Shown in pieces: positions 1-13,239 of a stretch of DNA of 64,000 bases. Origin of the DNA: Botryllus schlosseri (lineage: Eukaryota); assembly GCA_051294905.1 (NCBI GenBank), contig CM119371.1, positions 10,976,001-11,040,000 of the forward strand. The letters run 5' to 3'. The translations under genes were made by a program, and so were the position numbers. Each line of letters begins with the position of its first letter. Within the stretch, counting starts at the first letter, position 1. The notes under the pieces are model-generated. The model was not told the DNA's origin, searched no databases, and saw only the letters and a list, made by a program, of their open reading frames with translations.

Positions 1-897
1 TATACAGAAGAAAAAAGTGCTGCACTTTCCATCTTTGCAGATAGTGCTGAAAGACAATGCTTCTGCATCGGGGGCTTTTGACAAAGTTGCAGGAAAGTAC
101 TGTCAGACCATAAATAGACTTGGTCAAGAGTTTGAGAACAGGTTTTCTGACCTGTATCAGCTTGAGCCATGTGTGTCGTTCCTTTCTAATCCTTTCATGA
201 ACGTGGACATATACATCGCTGAGCAGTTAAGTGCAACATTGAGCATGGATGCTGAACAGTTAGAGATTGAAATTGTTACACTGCAAAGTGACGTCCACCT
301 CAAAGCCCACTAGGCTGCAGCAAACTTTTGGTGCCTTGTTGACACGGAAAAGTACAGTGGTGTATGCGCAGCAGCTATGAAGGTTGCAAGCATGTTTGGT
401 TCAACTTATCGTTGTGAATCAGCCTTCTCGGACATGAACTTTATCAAAAACAAGCACAGAACACGCCTCACTGATGCACATCTGGAAGACTCACTCAGAG
501 TAGCAGTTTCAAGTTACATACCAGAGTACAGCGCAATAGCTGATAACATGCAATGCCAGCCTTCCCACTGACTGATATAAATAGAGATAACAAGATGTCC
601 ACTGTCCAGTCCAAAGTTGACTTGATTTGAGTTGACTGTTGCATTATTTATACAAATAGGTGCTATGGTGCTAAGTAATTCATAATTTCTTAATAAATGC
701 CAGTGAAGAGCTAGTTGAAATGAGATGTTTTGATTTTACAAGACTGTCTTGGAAAGAAGTCTTACTGCAATGTGATTACTGCCCTATGAATATCGAAGTG
801 GAAATTCAGGAGGGTAAACGGCGGGAGTAAATGGTGCCCGTTGCATCAATCAGTATCAAAAAGTAGCTCTCGGGTGCAAAAAGGTTGGTGATCCCTG
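1..897 (+). mobile_element. Right part of a hAT DNA transposon (left end outside the window)
   Basis: The transposase remnant is followed by a hAT-type terminus AAAAGGTTGGTGATCCCTG ending at 897. Confidence 0.8.
2..571 (+). pseudogene. C-terminal part of a hAT (Buster/Charlie, GTF2IRD2-like) transposase with one in-frame stop
   Basis: ORFs 17-313 and 377-571 share a frame and are separated by TAG at 311-313. They contain the hAT dimerisation motif MFGSTYRCESAFSDMNFIKNKHRTRLTDAHLEDSLR. Confidence 0.9.
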
Positions 898-1099
898 GTA
901 TATAGTATAGTATGCTATGTAAGATGTCATTGTGACGTAATATAAGCGTGTTATTTATGCTTGGTAATTATGGCTCACGTAATTGGAAATGTAAAATGTT
1001 ATTTACCCAATTTCCTATGAGTTAGGATTAAGGATAGGGCGCAGTATGTCGTTGAAAAAAGTATTATAATATATGCACGTGTTGGATTTGCGTATATAG

Positions 1100-2318
1100 C
1101 AGGGGTTCTCAGCCCTTTCTTGGCCGTGGCCCATTTTCCGGTTTAAAATTTTGCTGTGGCCCACCAGATATCGTGGAGTCATAATCCTGTTTAATGCGTG
1201 ATCATGATCATGCTGGACAGCGCCGATATGACTATTTCTCTAACTGATGATATTTAAATCTCAATTTCCCGGGATATGAAATCGCACGAAGCGCGAAAAA
1301 AAAATTCAAGTTGACTAAATATCCTCCAACAAACGACCAACGAAATAATCTTGGGCCCATTCGAGTTCTCCGAATTGGGGGTGTGGGTGCGGCAGTTACG
1401 GCCCTGGTAGATCATAAGCTAAAACTCTTAAGTACATTATTTTCGTCCGCTGCTCCATTCGCGTCGCTAAACACAATGATCATATCCCCGCACTGTGTGA
1501 TTGGGACTTTAGTGATACTATTGTGGGGAATATTATAATCATTTTGGGCCAGCATCGAACAATTCATTGGTGAATGGGGTACTACAGAGAAGTGAAGAAA
1601 GATTTTTCAATATGCATGATGTACTTGGTATGTCTTGTACCAAAACAAATGAAGTTGCGATGTCAGAATATTCAATCCAATGTTACAATCAATTCCTGTG
1701 ACTCTTTCATTATGTACAATGATTTTCAGGCCGGACATTTTAAACCGACTTCAAATATTAATGCACTCCGATAAATCCTCAATCCATTAAGATTCGTTGC
1801 GGTGGTGCAGTATACCTCCGCCAGAAGTTGCTAATAATTTGCAATTATGGCTATTTTTAGCTTACAATAATACGGCCGGCCGAAGTACAGTAAATTTGTA
1901 CATCAATTGCCCTTCATTGCGAGTTCATTGCATGCCCCTTTCAACGGCATACGACATATGACCCTGCCGGAATACTTGGTTACTTCAGCATTATCTTCCA
2001 GTTATAAGCTTGAAATTATTTTAGTTGCTGTTAGCCGTAGGTTGTCATAGCCATTAGAAAAAGCCATCGTTTCTCCCTAACGTTTTCAAATTGTAAATGC
2101 TGACTTCATACGTGCCACTGCGTCTAATCAGAGTCGGATGAAATGCTTGATGTAGCCTACGTATAAGTAGATAATACGAATCTATTTTTAGCGAATAACA
2201 TAAGAAATATAACTAAACTTACATTATTTCTGAAATTTTATAAATATAGCTCTGTGGCCCACCTCAAAATGCTCTATGGACCACCAGTGGGCCATGGCCC
2301 ACCCTTTGAGAACCCCTG
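1100..2318. mobile_element. Non-autonomous hAT element
   Basis: TIRs CAGGGGTTCTC...GAGAACCCCTG; 8-bp TSD GTATATAG at 1092-1099 and 2319-2326. Confidence 0.9.
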
Positions 2319-2487
2319 GTATATAGTATACAATTGAAGAAATAATATTATTTTTATCGAGGGACGTAGGAATTAGGATGAGGAGTAAAAACAAAACCGT
2401 GCTTTTCAGATAAGACGTTATATAATATCCAGTGGTCTGGTTGGTTAGCCAGACGAAGTAACGATGCAGTATCGTGATCGGAAATCG

Positions 2488-3052
2488 CATTGTAGATTGC
2501 CAACCCACGGATAGATGCGCAAGATGTGAGTCACGGATGAATGCACCGACTCACGTACTGCAGAGCCGGCTAAAAGCAGCAAACTTTGTAGTCCTAGAGC
2601 TGGCGATCCAAGCGTCCAAATTTGATGCATCTGGTCTTTATCGTAAGCTATTGATGCACTAATTCCGAAAATACAAATTAAAATCTCGTCAGGGCAATGT
2701 AACTGCTCCAAAATAGCCATTTAAGGCCGACTGTTCTGAAAAGTGAGAGCGCCGCAGCAGTATGACCACAACAATGACCAATTACGCCCAGCGATTGTTC
2801 AGAACAATGCCGATTGCCAGACTTTCACGACAATTTTGGGATGGTATCATTGCCTGGAAATATACTTTTATTGCGGAGTCAGTGCGACACTAGCTTTCGA
2901 TTAGGACCATACATATCAAATTTCGACGCTTAGATCGCCAGCTATAGGATTATCAATTCTGCTGCTTTTAGCCTGCTCAGCAGTTCGCTTCTCGGCGTAT
3001 TCAATCGTGAGTAACGTGTTGCGAATCAATCCGTTGGTTAGTAATCTAATAA
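2488..3052. repeat. Old imperfect palindrome (foldback MITE-like)
   Basis: 2557-2650 (GGCTAAAAGCAGC...GCTGGCGATCCAAGCGTC...TCGTAAGCTA) matches the reverse complement of about 2890-2985; similarity extends both outward and inward. Confidence 0.7.
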
Positions 3053-3559
3053 TTGTATACAATGGCAGCTGAGGCCAGCATAGCGGAAAAAATAAAAAAC
3101 TTCGCCCGCAAGGGCGCAGTCAAGGGCTTCCGCGAATGAATCCACCAAATTCCTTGTCGACATTTAAAGAGAATGCATCATAAGTCAATAATTTTATGTT
3201 GTGCTTGTCAGGTCTTAATAGCAATTTAATGTAATTGAAATTGTCATTGAGCAAAATTTCTGTCAAATTACAATTACAATTACACAAAATAAAAATGCTT
3301 AAATTACAATTACATTACAATTACATTGAAAAATGCAATTAACTACATTCAGCTCAATTACAAATTACATTTGATCCAACTCTGGTGCCAAAGGGGCCAC
3401 ACCCCCAAAAATTGCTCGTCAATTAACATAAGGTGGAGTATTTTTATTCAGACGTATTCAACTTGAAATTTTTCTTCGCCTTTCGCGCGATATATGGTGA
3501 CATTCGATTTTTTCAAACTACCGAGTGCCGTCCTCTTGATAAATGAAAATGATGGAATA

Positions 3560-4364
3560 GGCTTATAAAAATACGCATGATGTGCAGAATTGAATCTACC
3601 TGTATTGATATGTGCTGCCTTTCTAATAGGAAAAATCTATCAACTGGAACAATCAAATGCTCTGATATTCAAATATCAAAAATCTATATAATCCGTCGCT
3701 TTGCCAACACTTTCACCGGGGACTAGCAAGGGAAGATAAGATTACGCCATAACTGATATAAGTGTCAGTTACATTGATATTGATCAGAACGTATAAAACG
3801 ATTTCTACACTTGCTGTAGATATTATACCTCATGAAAAAATTATGCGGTAACCATCACTTTATTAGGATGGAATTTTCTTTTTTTGATACAATAAACATA
3901 TCCAATCAAGATGGATCTTGTACGTCTGCTAGACTTTTTATACAAGACAACGAAACATTCTTTATATCAATTTGGTTGATGCGAATAATGGATCGGTTGA
4001 GTATAAGCAGACTTCGCTCACTAGCTGCGTAGTTTCTTTCTTTCTTAATGTTGTGCTATTGTGGTCCATCAGATAAAGTCACTAAATTTTCACCAACAGA
4101 AAACTAAATATTTCAATCAAAGTATTCTTCCATGCTCGTTTAGTGGTGAGTTTATTTTCATGATTCCAGAGCCGTGCAGCTCGTGGCCTGAAGCTGAAAC
4201 AGAGAGAATTTCGACCAAAGATGTTATAATGACGGGAATATTGTAATTTCTGAAAAGGTTCACAGTGCAGAACATACCAAGGTTCGTTTGCGAACGTGAA
4301 AATCCAAATTTCTGACGTGCGCAAGCCGAACTCAAACGTGAACTTAACGTTCACACCATCCCTA
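3560..4364 (-). mobile_element. Longer, truncated member of the TAGGGATGGTG hAT family (paralog at about 45540-46357)
   Basis: Ends in CACCATCCCTA at 4364; the adjacent sequence is homologous to the MITE at 32923-33475. Left boundary is approximate. Confidence 0.55.
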
Positions 4365-4770
4365 GCATTATTATGATATTGCTGCGCACGAATAGCGAAT
4401 AGGCCTGTGTATCGACTATCGTATTCTTGGTGGTTACGTACTCAATATATGGCTACTTCAGACTTGCCTCTGACTTCTCACTAGAATTAGAAAAGGACTC
4501 ATAGCGTCATTGATATATTCGAACATCTTCCATACCAGCGGAGTATAGCGAAGTCGGCAAAATGCCGCCAGGTAATACTTAATACGTACCAATTTGTTTC
4601 AACAGAGCTGCATCACCTCAACAATATAGCTCTAACTAATGTATCCTTCTTGCGTCACAAGTTATAAGTTCACTCGCTTCAATCCGTTTACGGTCGAAAT
4701 GAGCCTCCACTTCCCGTGTGTCACAGAAGCCTCAGAGTAAATTGCCAGCATACCATCAGCGTCACTCGTC

Positions 4771-7700
4771 AGTAGTGTAATCGATCGCTGGCACATTGGT
4801 GTTTTTTGCATGGGCTCTTATGGGCGCGGTCGCACATCGTATGGAAAACTCGTGGTGGCATATCGTACTTTTTGACCCCCCTCTCGGTCGCACATCGTAA
4901 TGCGTTCTTATGGGTGCGCTCGCATGTCGTACTTTCAGGTATAGGTATCTCTCGCATATCGTATTGAAAACTCGTGTTGGCACATCGTACTTTTAGGTAT
5001 AGGCATCTCTCGCACGTCGTACTTTCGCGTATAGGCTGCGGCGATGATGTGCCTGTCATGTATTCTTACGCGATCGCTGGTGATTCACCATGTGTTCTTA
5101 TGGATGCGTCGGCATATCGTACTTTCGGGTATAGGAATCTCTCACACGGTGTTGAATATGTATCAAGTAAATAGTCATGCGAATGAACGTTTGTTAATGT
5201 GTATATCGTAAATTATTATATATGATATCGTAGTTCAGTCGCGACAAATGACCGATCGTGTTCTAACTCTTTCCTCGCTATTGATTGCTACGTAACCTGA
5301 ATATAGGCTGCGGCGGTGATTCGCCTGGCATGTCATGTATTCTTACGGGAACTGTGGTGACTCGCCATGTGTTCTTATGGGTGCGGTCGTGAATCGCCCT
5401 TTCGGTATAGACATCTCTCGCACGGTGTGGAATATGTATCAGGTATATTGATCACGTGTGTCTTATGGCGGGGGTGGCAAGCGGCTATTGTCTTATTTCA
5501 TACGATGGTGGTTGCAAGCGGCTCTTATTTCCTACGATGGAGGTCGCAAGCGTCTCTTATTTCTTACGACGGTGGTCGCAAGCGGCTCTTATTTCCTATG
5601 GCGGGGGGTCGCAAGCAGCTCTTATGTCTTATGGCGTGGCGGCATGCGGCTATTGCGTCTTATGGGTGCGGCGGCATGCTAATGTTTTCAGGTATAGGCT
5701 CCGGTCGCATGATAGCGTTATGGAGATAGGGATCGGTCGCATGCTAACGTTATGGGTATGGGCCGCGGCGATGATGTGCCTATCATGTATTCTTACGAGG
5801 TCTCTGGTGATTCGCCATGTGTTCTTATGGATGCGGTCGCATATCGTACTTTCGGGTATAGATCGCGAAGTTTGCCACAGAGCCGGCGTAGACGGTGTTT
5901 CGAATACCAACAAATTGTCACTTATTTCTATTCTAGCCGTAATCCTTTGTGAAGTTAACGCTTATTCAAAAGGTGTGGAATATTTGTAAAATCCTACGAT
6001 CACCCACAAGATAACACCTCAGACATAGTCATCTTTCACGATTTGGTGTCATAGCCATACCGATCACTCACGCGGTTAAATTTTAGTAATCAGTTTGTCA
6101 CAGAACTGGATTTCACTGGTAAGATTTAATAAATACCGACTAACAGAACCATCAGTGTGGGTAACTTGAATAGCAACAAATTGTCACTTATTTCCGACGG
6201 GGAAATTCACTAATTCGCAGTGCATTGTGCGATTTTGAAAACCAGATGTTGGCGGTTGTATTTTGACCTGTGAGACCAACTAAATACGTCCGTTTTAGAA
6301 ATTCGGAGCGCGCACTATCGTATCGATTATTCCACTAATCCATTCGGTGCTATTACATTCAGCAGTATTCAGTATTCAGCAGCGACACGAAAAACGACCA
6401 ACAAATAACCGCGCTCGTAAATTAACACTTCAAAAAGTGTAGAATAGATTGCAAATCCCGCGATCGCTGACAAGATAATGTCTCGGGCATAACCATTTTT
6501 AGTGACTTGGTGTTACAAACATACCGATCGCTCACGCGGTGAAATTTTAGTAATCAGTTTGTCACAGAACTTGATTTCGCTGGTAAGATTTAATAAATAC
6601 CGACTAACAGAACCATCAGTGTGGGTAACTTGAATAGCAACAAATTGTCACTTATTTCCGCCCTAACCCTAATCCTTTGTGAGATTACCACATACTCAAA
6701 TAGATGCGAAATAATTGTAAAATCATACAATCTTTTTAGGAATATTACTTGACTTGACCAACTTTCGGCTCTGTTTTCGATTTCCACACAGTCGCTATAA
6801 GTTTCCACGCTTCTAGAATAGGATTGACTTCAGACACGTCATAAGAATCATGGTAATAATCAATCAATGTGTCAATTTACCAACTCGAAATCTCACTCGC
6901 GCTACAAGTGAAGCTGAATTGTGTCCGAATATGATAATTTACCACCGCTCAGCGCCAAACTGACTCTGTATAACAATATTACGCATGCGCGGTATTTCAG
7001 AATGGTATAATGTCATTAGCAGCAAATATTTCACAAACTTAATCGTTTACACGAATCAAAGCTAAAGTTGAAACGACAATATCAAGGTTTGAAACCTTAC
7101 AACTCGATCAGTGATTTTTTATTCAACTGTAAAATAAGTTAATATTCTGTAAGACACAACAATTATTGCTCGGGTAATGTGACATTGAGATTACCAAATT
7201 GTATATTGAGTATACGAGATTTGAATGTTTGACTAGTGATAGACTGAAAAATATCTCGCAAGAGAATCCATGTGTTATAATGCAGGCTATCGTGATACAA
7301 ACAAATTCAATACGGAATACCTATTAACCAATTGGCCCCCAACCCGAGATTCGAGTGTTCGATCAGTGATCGATAAAAAAATATTTTCATGTATACCAAC
7401 TCTTGCGTTGTGGTGAAGGGTGTTACGATATGAGCAAAGTTTTAATAAACACCATTATCAGCACCCCGATTGAGAAAAAACTTGATTCGTATGTATGAAA
7501 AGTGTTTGATTGGGAATTTATTTATTTCTCACAATCCCGCCACTGTTTTGAGGACTGGTATTATATGATTATTAAATAATATTTCACAAACTCAAGCCAC
7601 TGTTTTTGAGGAATGGTATTATATGGTTATTAAATAATATTTCACAAACTCAACCCTAATCCTAAGACTTGAGAGAAATCACGTATTCGCTTGATGATAA

Positions 7701-8925
7701 CACGCATGCGACAAAAAACATCACCGCGATTTTGTAAACTGATCATACTAATCAGGGTATTAACCATCACGCTTCTAGAATAGGATTGACTACTAAAGGT
7801 AAATTCAGATAATCCAAAATGAAATATCTCAACTTTGACATAGTCTGAATTGAAATAGATTGACAAGAATACCTACCAACTTTCACCCACTCACATTTCG
7901 AAATTATACACACATTGATTTGAAACAAGTAATGTAACATTACAACTCTATTCCCGATCCAGCTTTCCGTTTGTCAAAGAGACATTTTAACATCTTACCA
8001 TACTCAAAAGAATTATTCACAACATTAACAAGTGTTTAAAATCTAGTTTTCACTTACTGGACTATATCACTACTACTCGCAAACTTGAATTAATTCATCC
8101 TTGTGGTATTCGTATGACCGATAATTTTTATTCAACTGTAAAAGTCGTTACTAATCTATAACACAAAGTAATCACTACTCGGAAAATCTAGTTTTCACTT
8201 ACTTGACTATATCACTACAACTCGCAAACTTGAATTAATTCATCCTGATGGTATTCGTATGACCGATAATTTTTATTCAACTGTAAAAGTCGTTATTAAT
8301 CTATAACACAAAGTAATCACTACTCTGTGCATACGACGAGATTTGAATACTCGGTCTATGATAGCAATTCGCACAAGTGAATCCAAGACATCGGGCTGTG
8401 AGAAAATCTTCACCACATTGACCTACTGCCTTATCCAACGTACTCAGAGTAAGTAGACACGATTTCAGTAATATACACAATCGTTACAACTGTAAACTTT
8501 ACTAATCAATCTCGGTCGTATTGACATATCACAGACCTGTGTTTTTTTTTATTCCTTCAGTAAAATGTAGTCGTATTAATCTGACGATAACGTGCACACA
8601 TAAGAAACATCACCGACATTTTATAATTGATCACCCGACTTAGGGTACCAATAAACATTACCGGGATTTTTATAAACTAGCCATATTACTCAATACATCT
8701 ATCAATATCAGAACGCAAAATCCAATACCGAAAGAAAAGTACTTTTTTAGTTTAATAAAAATCAAATCATTCGTCTTCATCTTGTGAATTGTCACGCACC
8801 CAACTAATATCATACCAAATAGTTATTTACAACAACCAAGACATAGAAAATTTGTTTTGGACGTTTCGATTTTATTACTGGATGTACTGATCCCTTCGCT
8901 TCATACAATCTAGATTTAAACACCG
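4771..8925 (+). repeat. Left TIR of the Maverick, 4155 bp
   Basis: Reverse complement of 17037-23380 (excluding the hAT insert). Homology stops at ...TAGATTTAAACACCG (8925). Mirrored ORFs 6590-6808/19152-19370 and 7642-7866/18094-18318 translate identically. Confidence 0.97.
5455..5665 (+). repeat. About 30-bp GC-rich minisatellite in the TIR (mirror at about 20295-20500)
   Basis: Units resembling GCAAGCGGCTCTTATTTCCTACGATGGTGGTC, repeated about 6 times. Confidence 0.85.
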
Positions 8926-11661
8926 GGCACACGGTAGGGTTAGGAAGTGTTTTGTTTAAGAGCGCGCGGGAATGTTTTTTATGCCTATACAACTAAACGA
9001 ATACCCATCGGCCTGCTTACTACATTTTAAAGATTCTCTCCACTATTGTGTATACAAGAATATACTTCTCTTAGTAAGCAATTTCTCGTGAATTCAGAAG
9101 CACTTTGACGCGTGTTAACTTCTATATTAGGTGACAGTATCATTTTCATGTCTGATAATGTTACTTGTCAAGGTGATACAAACGTAAGCTCAAACTACTT
9201 TAAAATTTAAAGTCTTACCAAATTTTATCTAAAACTGAAACTGTCGAGTACCGATAAAGTAGTCTAAAACCTAGTCACTTTTTACGTGGAGGGAGAACAT
9301 AGCGAAGTACTTGTACATTTTGCAGTACTCAAGTATAGGTTTGGCCTGCTTGCGCTATACTTAATGAAGTGATTACCTATTTACACTGCATCTACTTCGA
9401 TTTCAGAGTTTTTCGCTTTTTCCAGCAAACTATACCTTCAATACTTACTTTTCAACTAACTGTGAAATCATTACTTCTTGTACTTTAGTAGGACTTTACT
9501 GCTACAATGTACTTTTTTCAGTGGACCAGCGGTCTTGGTGAGTGTTGTCAGTTTCATCTATATCCTACGAAAAGCTACTTGAGCACTTCACGGGTTCGTA
9601 TCATCGCAAATAATATATTCTAAACATGTTTAGATAGCGAGGAGTTGTAATTATAGGTGAAAGGGACAAATTTTATCTAAAACTGAAACTGTAAAGTACC
9701 GATAAAGTGGTCTAGAGTATTTTTTATGTTTATTCAACTCAACGAATATCTTCATTTGGCCTGCTTACTACATTTTAAAGATTTTCTACGCTAGAAAAAT
9801 CGCTGTAACATGATAAGTATATTATAATTAATCTTATCAGCGCGGCATAGTACATTCGAGTAAATTCATTAAATTAGCTTATGTTTATGAAATTATTTGG
9901 TTTCTGAATTCTATCTAAAACTGAAACCGACGAGTATCGGTAAAAGGACTTATTACGTGCAGGGAGGCGATAGCGAAGTACTCGTGCATTTTGTACTACT
10001 CAAGTATAGGTTTTATCTGCTTGCGCTAAACTTAATCAAGTGATTAACTATTTACACTGCATCTACTTCTATTTCAGAGTATTCGGTTTTCAGGTAAACT
10101 ATACCTGCAATACTTTTTAACTCACTCGGAAATCATCACGTCTTGTACTTTACTAGAAATTTACTGCTACTAAATGTTGAAACGTACTGTTTTCAGCGGT
10201 CTTGATGAGTGGTGCTAGTTTCATCTATATCCTACGACGCATTTTCGCGCTGCAGAATGACTTATCGCAATAAAAATAACAAAAATACTTCGAGAATTTG
10301 CGAACTCTCACTGCGCAATATTTGAGTTTTACGAAGTAACCTTCAAAGTGAGCCTACATCTTGGATGTTATCCAAAACCACATACAATTTCGCTTCGAAC
10401 GAGGTATCCTTTAAAATAAGGTAGAAGTAGTCATTTCCGAGTAAGTAAAACGTTAGTACTCTAGGTATATTACTGTTTAATACTCTAGCTATCATGAAGT
10501 TGATGTACTCCAATATCATAAGGACTTGAGACTATGTGGTGCATCTAGGCAAAAAACCTACTTGGGTATTCTCAAGAAGTACGAGTGCTCAAGTATAAGT
10601 TTTCAAACCATTACCTTGACAAAATTTTCAGAATAGCAACTTTTGCGTAAAGTCTGTCTTGCATTTAGTTGCCGGCTCTGAAAGCAAGCAAAGTTTGTGG
10701 TATTTGCGCAACATCGAAATTTGTACACTTCACGCGGGGCCTACGATACTTATGGCCTAATATGGCACATTACACATGCTGGATATAAGAGGCCGACACT
10801 CCCAATCAGACATCACGACTGACTCAATGATTGCTTGCGATCTCACTTCTCGATACCAGACGCCTCGCCATACAAGTCTAATAAAGTATTATAACAGACA
10901 AAATTAGTTCTTTCAGATGAAACAACCCAATTAAGAGCCAAGTGACAGCGTCGCAATGTATTTAATCACCAACACACAAGAAGACAATGTAACGAGAATC
11001 CCCAACTTGGGCATGTAAAAGTATTTTACAGTATGGTAAAACGAATTCAAGCACGTGAAAATGAAATTCATTCATTTGGAACTACTCTGAAACACACACG
11101 TGGAGCTTGGCCATAGAAGTTCTGCAAGTGAAATGAATTACTGCAGTAAGCAAACTACGTCTTGCTCAACTGCCGCTTTTTAAAGTCCTTCACAGCATCT
11201 TTTCTCATATAAACGGACAACCGGTTTCAGAGTATACCCGCGTCGATCGCATCGCATCTATATCAACGGTTAACCACATGAAATAACAATATGCTCTTGT
11301 ATATCGAAATGTGTGCTTTGGAAATCGGCGGATATTGTGTGTCCTGGTGTGTGTGTCTGTGTGTGTCCCGGTTCGTGCTTTAGCCTCCCACAGAGTCAAT
11401 ATGTTGAAATTAGCAACCTCCATGACTTTGGTAACTGCTTGGTACACGGATAATGGTTGAATTTATGTCCCCGTCGCGCTAACAAATCCGGGTTACTTGT
11501 GAGTTTTCTCACACATGTTTACTATATTGTGTCACTCTTTATTGGTCAATACATATCCCACCGTTCAGTTTGAAATCGGAAACCCGAGAAAGTATTAACC
11601 GGATCCGGATATCAACTCTGAATCGACAAACCAATGAACAATATTCAAACATGTTACACCC

Positions 11662-13237
11662 CCGTGTTTCCATGAAAATAACAAGACATTACACATCCAG
11701 TATACTTCACGATTGTTCATAGATACCAAGTATTCGCGTAAAGGAGGTGTGTGACATTACATACATCATGGATAACATCATGGCCGGCACTACAAGCATC
11801 ATGGATTACAAATTCATGTTCTGAAGTCTCATACATGCACCGACTCTGTACATTCAATGTGGGGGTAGCTGACTTGGAGACAAAAAAACACACATATTTG
11901 ACCGTAACATGGTCTTAGTATGAACCGACATGCATTCGACTTGTGGAAAATGTGTCGCACACTATTTCACCGAGATTACAACCCTTTCACGGTTCACAAC
12001 TTGATATATCAACTTCACAGGGTAGTTCGGATTCTCAGGTAGACTTGAATCGTGATCCGGATCTCGGAATATAGTAAAATCGGGGTATGTAGTTTAATTA
12101 CTCACTTACTACTCTATATGTTGGTGGTGGTCATACCTGCAAACTTTTTTTGGTATGAACGTAGTGTTTCACCTTACATCAGTTGGTTCAATGTATGTAC
12201 CGGGTTGTGAAAACTGTCGCTGTTTTGACTATGTGTCACAATTAATACTAAATACGAGAATTCGTTACTCGTCGGAACGCCGCAGTCAGACATCGTTAAC
12301 AGCGATTCCGTGTATGGCAATCTTGAGTTCAATTGCGGTTTTGTGATGTTAACCAAGCGGCTGTGTTTCTGCGGTGTGAAGACTGAATTCGTGTTGTTTC
12401 CCCGCAAGAGTGCGATGTCTATTTCACACCTAGAGCAATTATAAAATGCATCTTCGAAACTTTTGGTCTAGTTCATCCGCTTGCATTTTGAAACGGACCA
12501 TCACGACAAGACTCTAACCCACCACATCCGTGGTTTCAGTTGATCATATCGAAGAATATCATGTCCATCCGTGTTACCACCCACAGATTTCGCCATCCTC
12601 ACACGGTAGTGCTAAGACACAGACAAGTGCGGTGGTGGAAATATTGAAAATGAGAAAGCAGACCTTGGTGTCATTTGATTTGGATTTTACACCCGATGAA
12701 CCCACCATTCGTACTGCGCATTGGGATGAGGATTCTATCATTGATGTCGAGGGAAAGGAGATGTACAGATTTGTTGGTGTCGTGAATATTCAACGAAAGT
12801 CGGGGTATATGGTTGTGCATGGTTCGCGTATTTGACTGTGGAGATATCGCTATATATAACGTGCTGTTCACCGTATCGATAGGACCAACGAATATCCGTG
12901 AAAGGGTTGTAATCTCGGTGAAATAGTGTGCGACACATTTTTCCACAAGTCGAATGCATGTCGGTTCATACTAAGACCATGTTACGGTCAAATATGTGTG
13001 TTTTTCTGTCGCACCTATAGGACGCCCCCTTGCCAAATCATCCACCCATTGCCGCACCTATAGCACACCCATTGCCACATCATCTGCGTTACATCATCAA
13101 GTGCCACGCCTATAGTGCCACATCATCACCGCATTGATTGCCGCATCTATATGGTGCACAGCGCCGCATCAACCAGCGCGATGTCGATTGGAAGTATACT
13201 GGATGTGTAATGTCTTGTTATTTTCATGGAAACACGG
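11662..13237. repeat. Two concentric internal inverted repeats in the Maverick core
   Basis: Perfect 47-bp pair at 11662-11708/13191-13237; about 110-bp pair at 11884-11992/12896-13005 differing by one indel. Confidence 0.93.
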
Positions 13238-13239
13238 TA

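Noticed and set aside
5455..5665. About 30-bp repeats as a CRISPR array
   Set aside because: The units are contiguous with no unique spacers, there are no cas genes, and the context is eukaryotic.
5367..5989. Overlapping ORFs of up to 182 aa in the TIRs (also 20232-20593 and 23092-23640)
   Set aside because: They arise from GC-rich minisatellite sequence open in several frames. A frameshift difference between the arms breaks them, and one runs out of the element into the flank.
6655..6680. CCCTAACCCTAA in the TIR as a telomere seed
   Set aside because: Only two units, inside a recurring TIR motif; too short to interpret.
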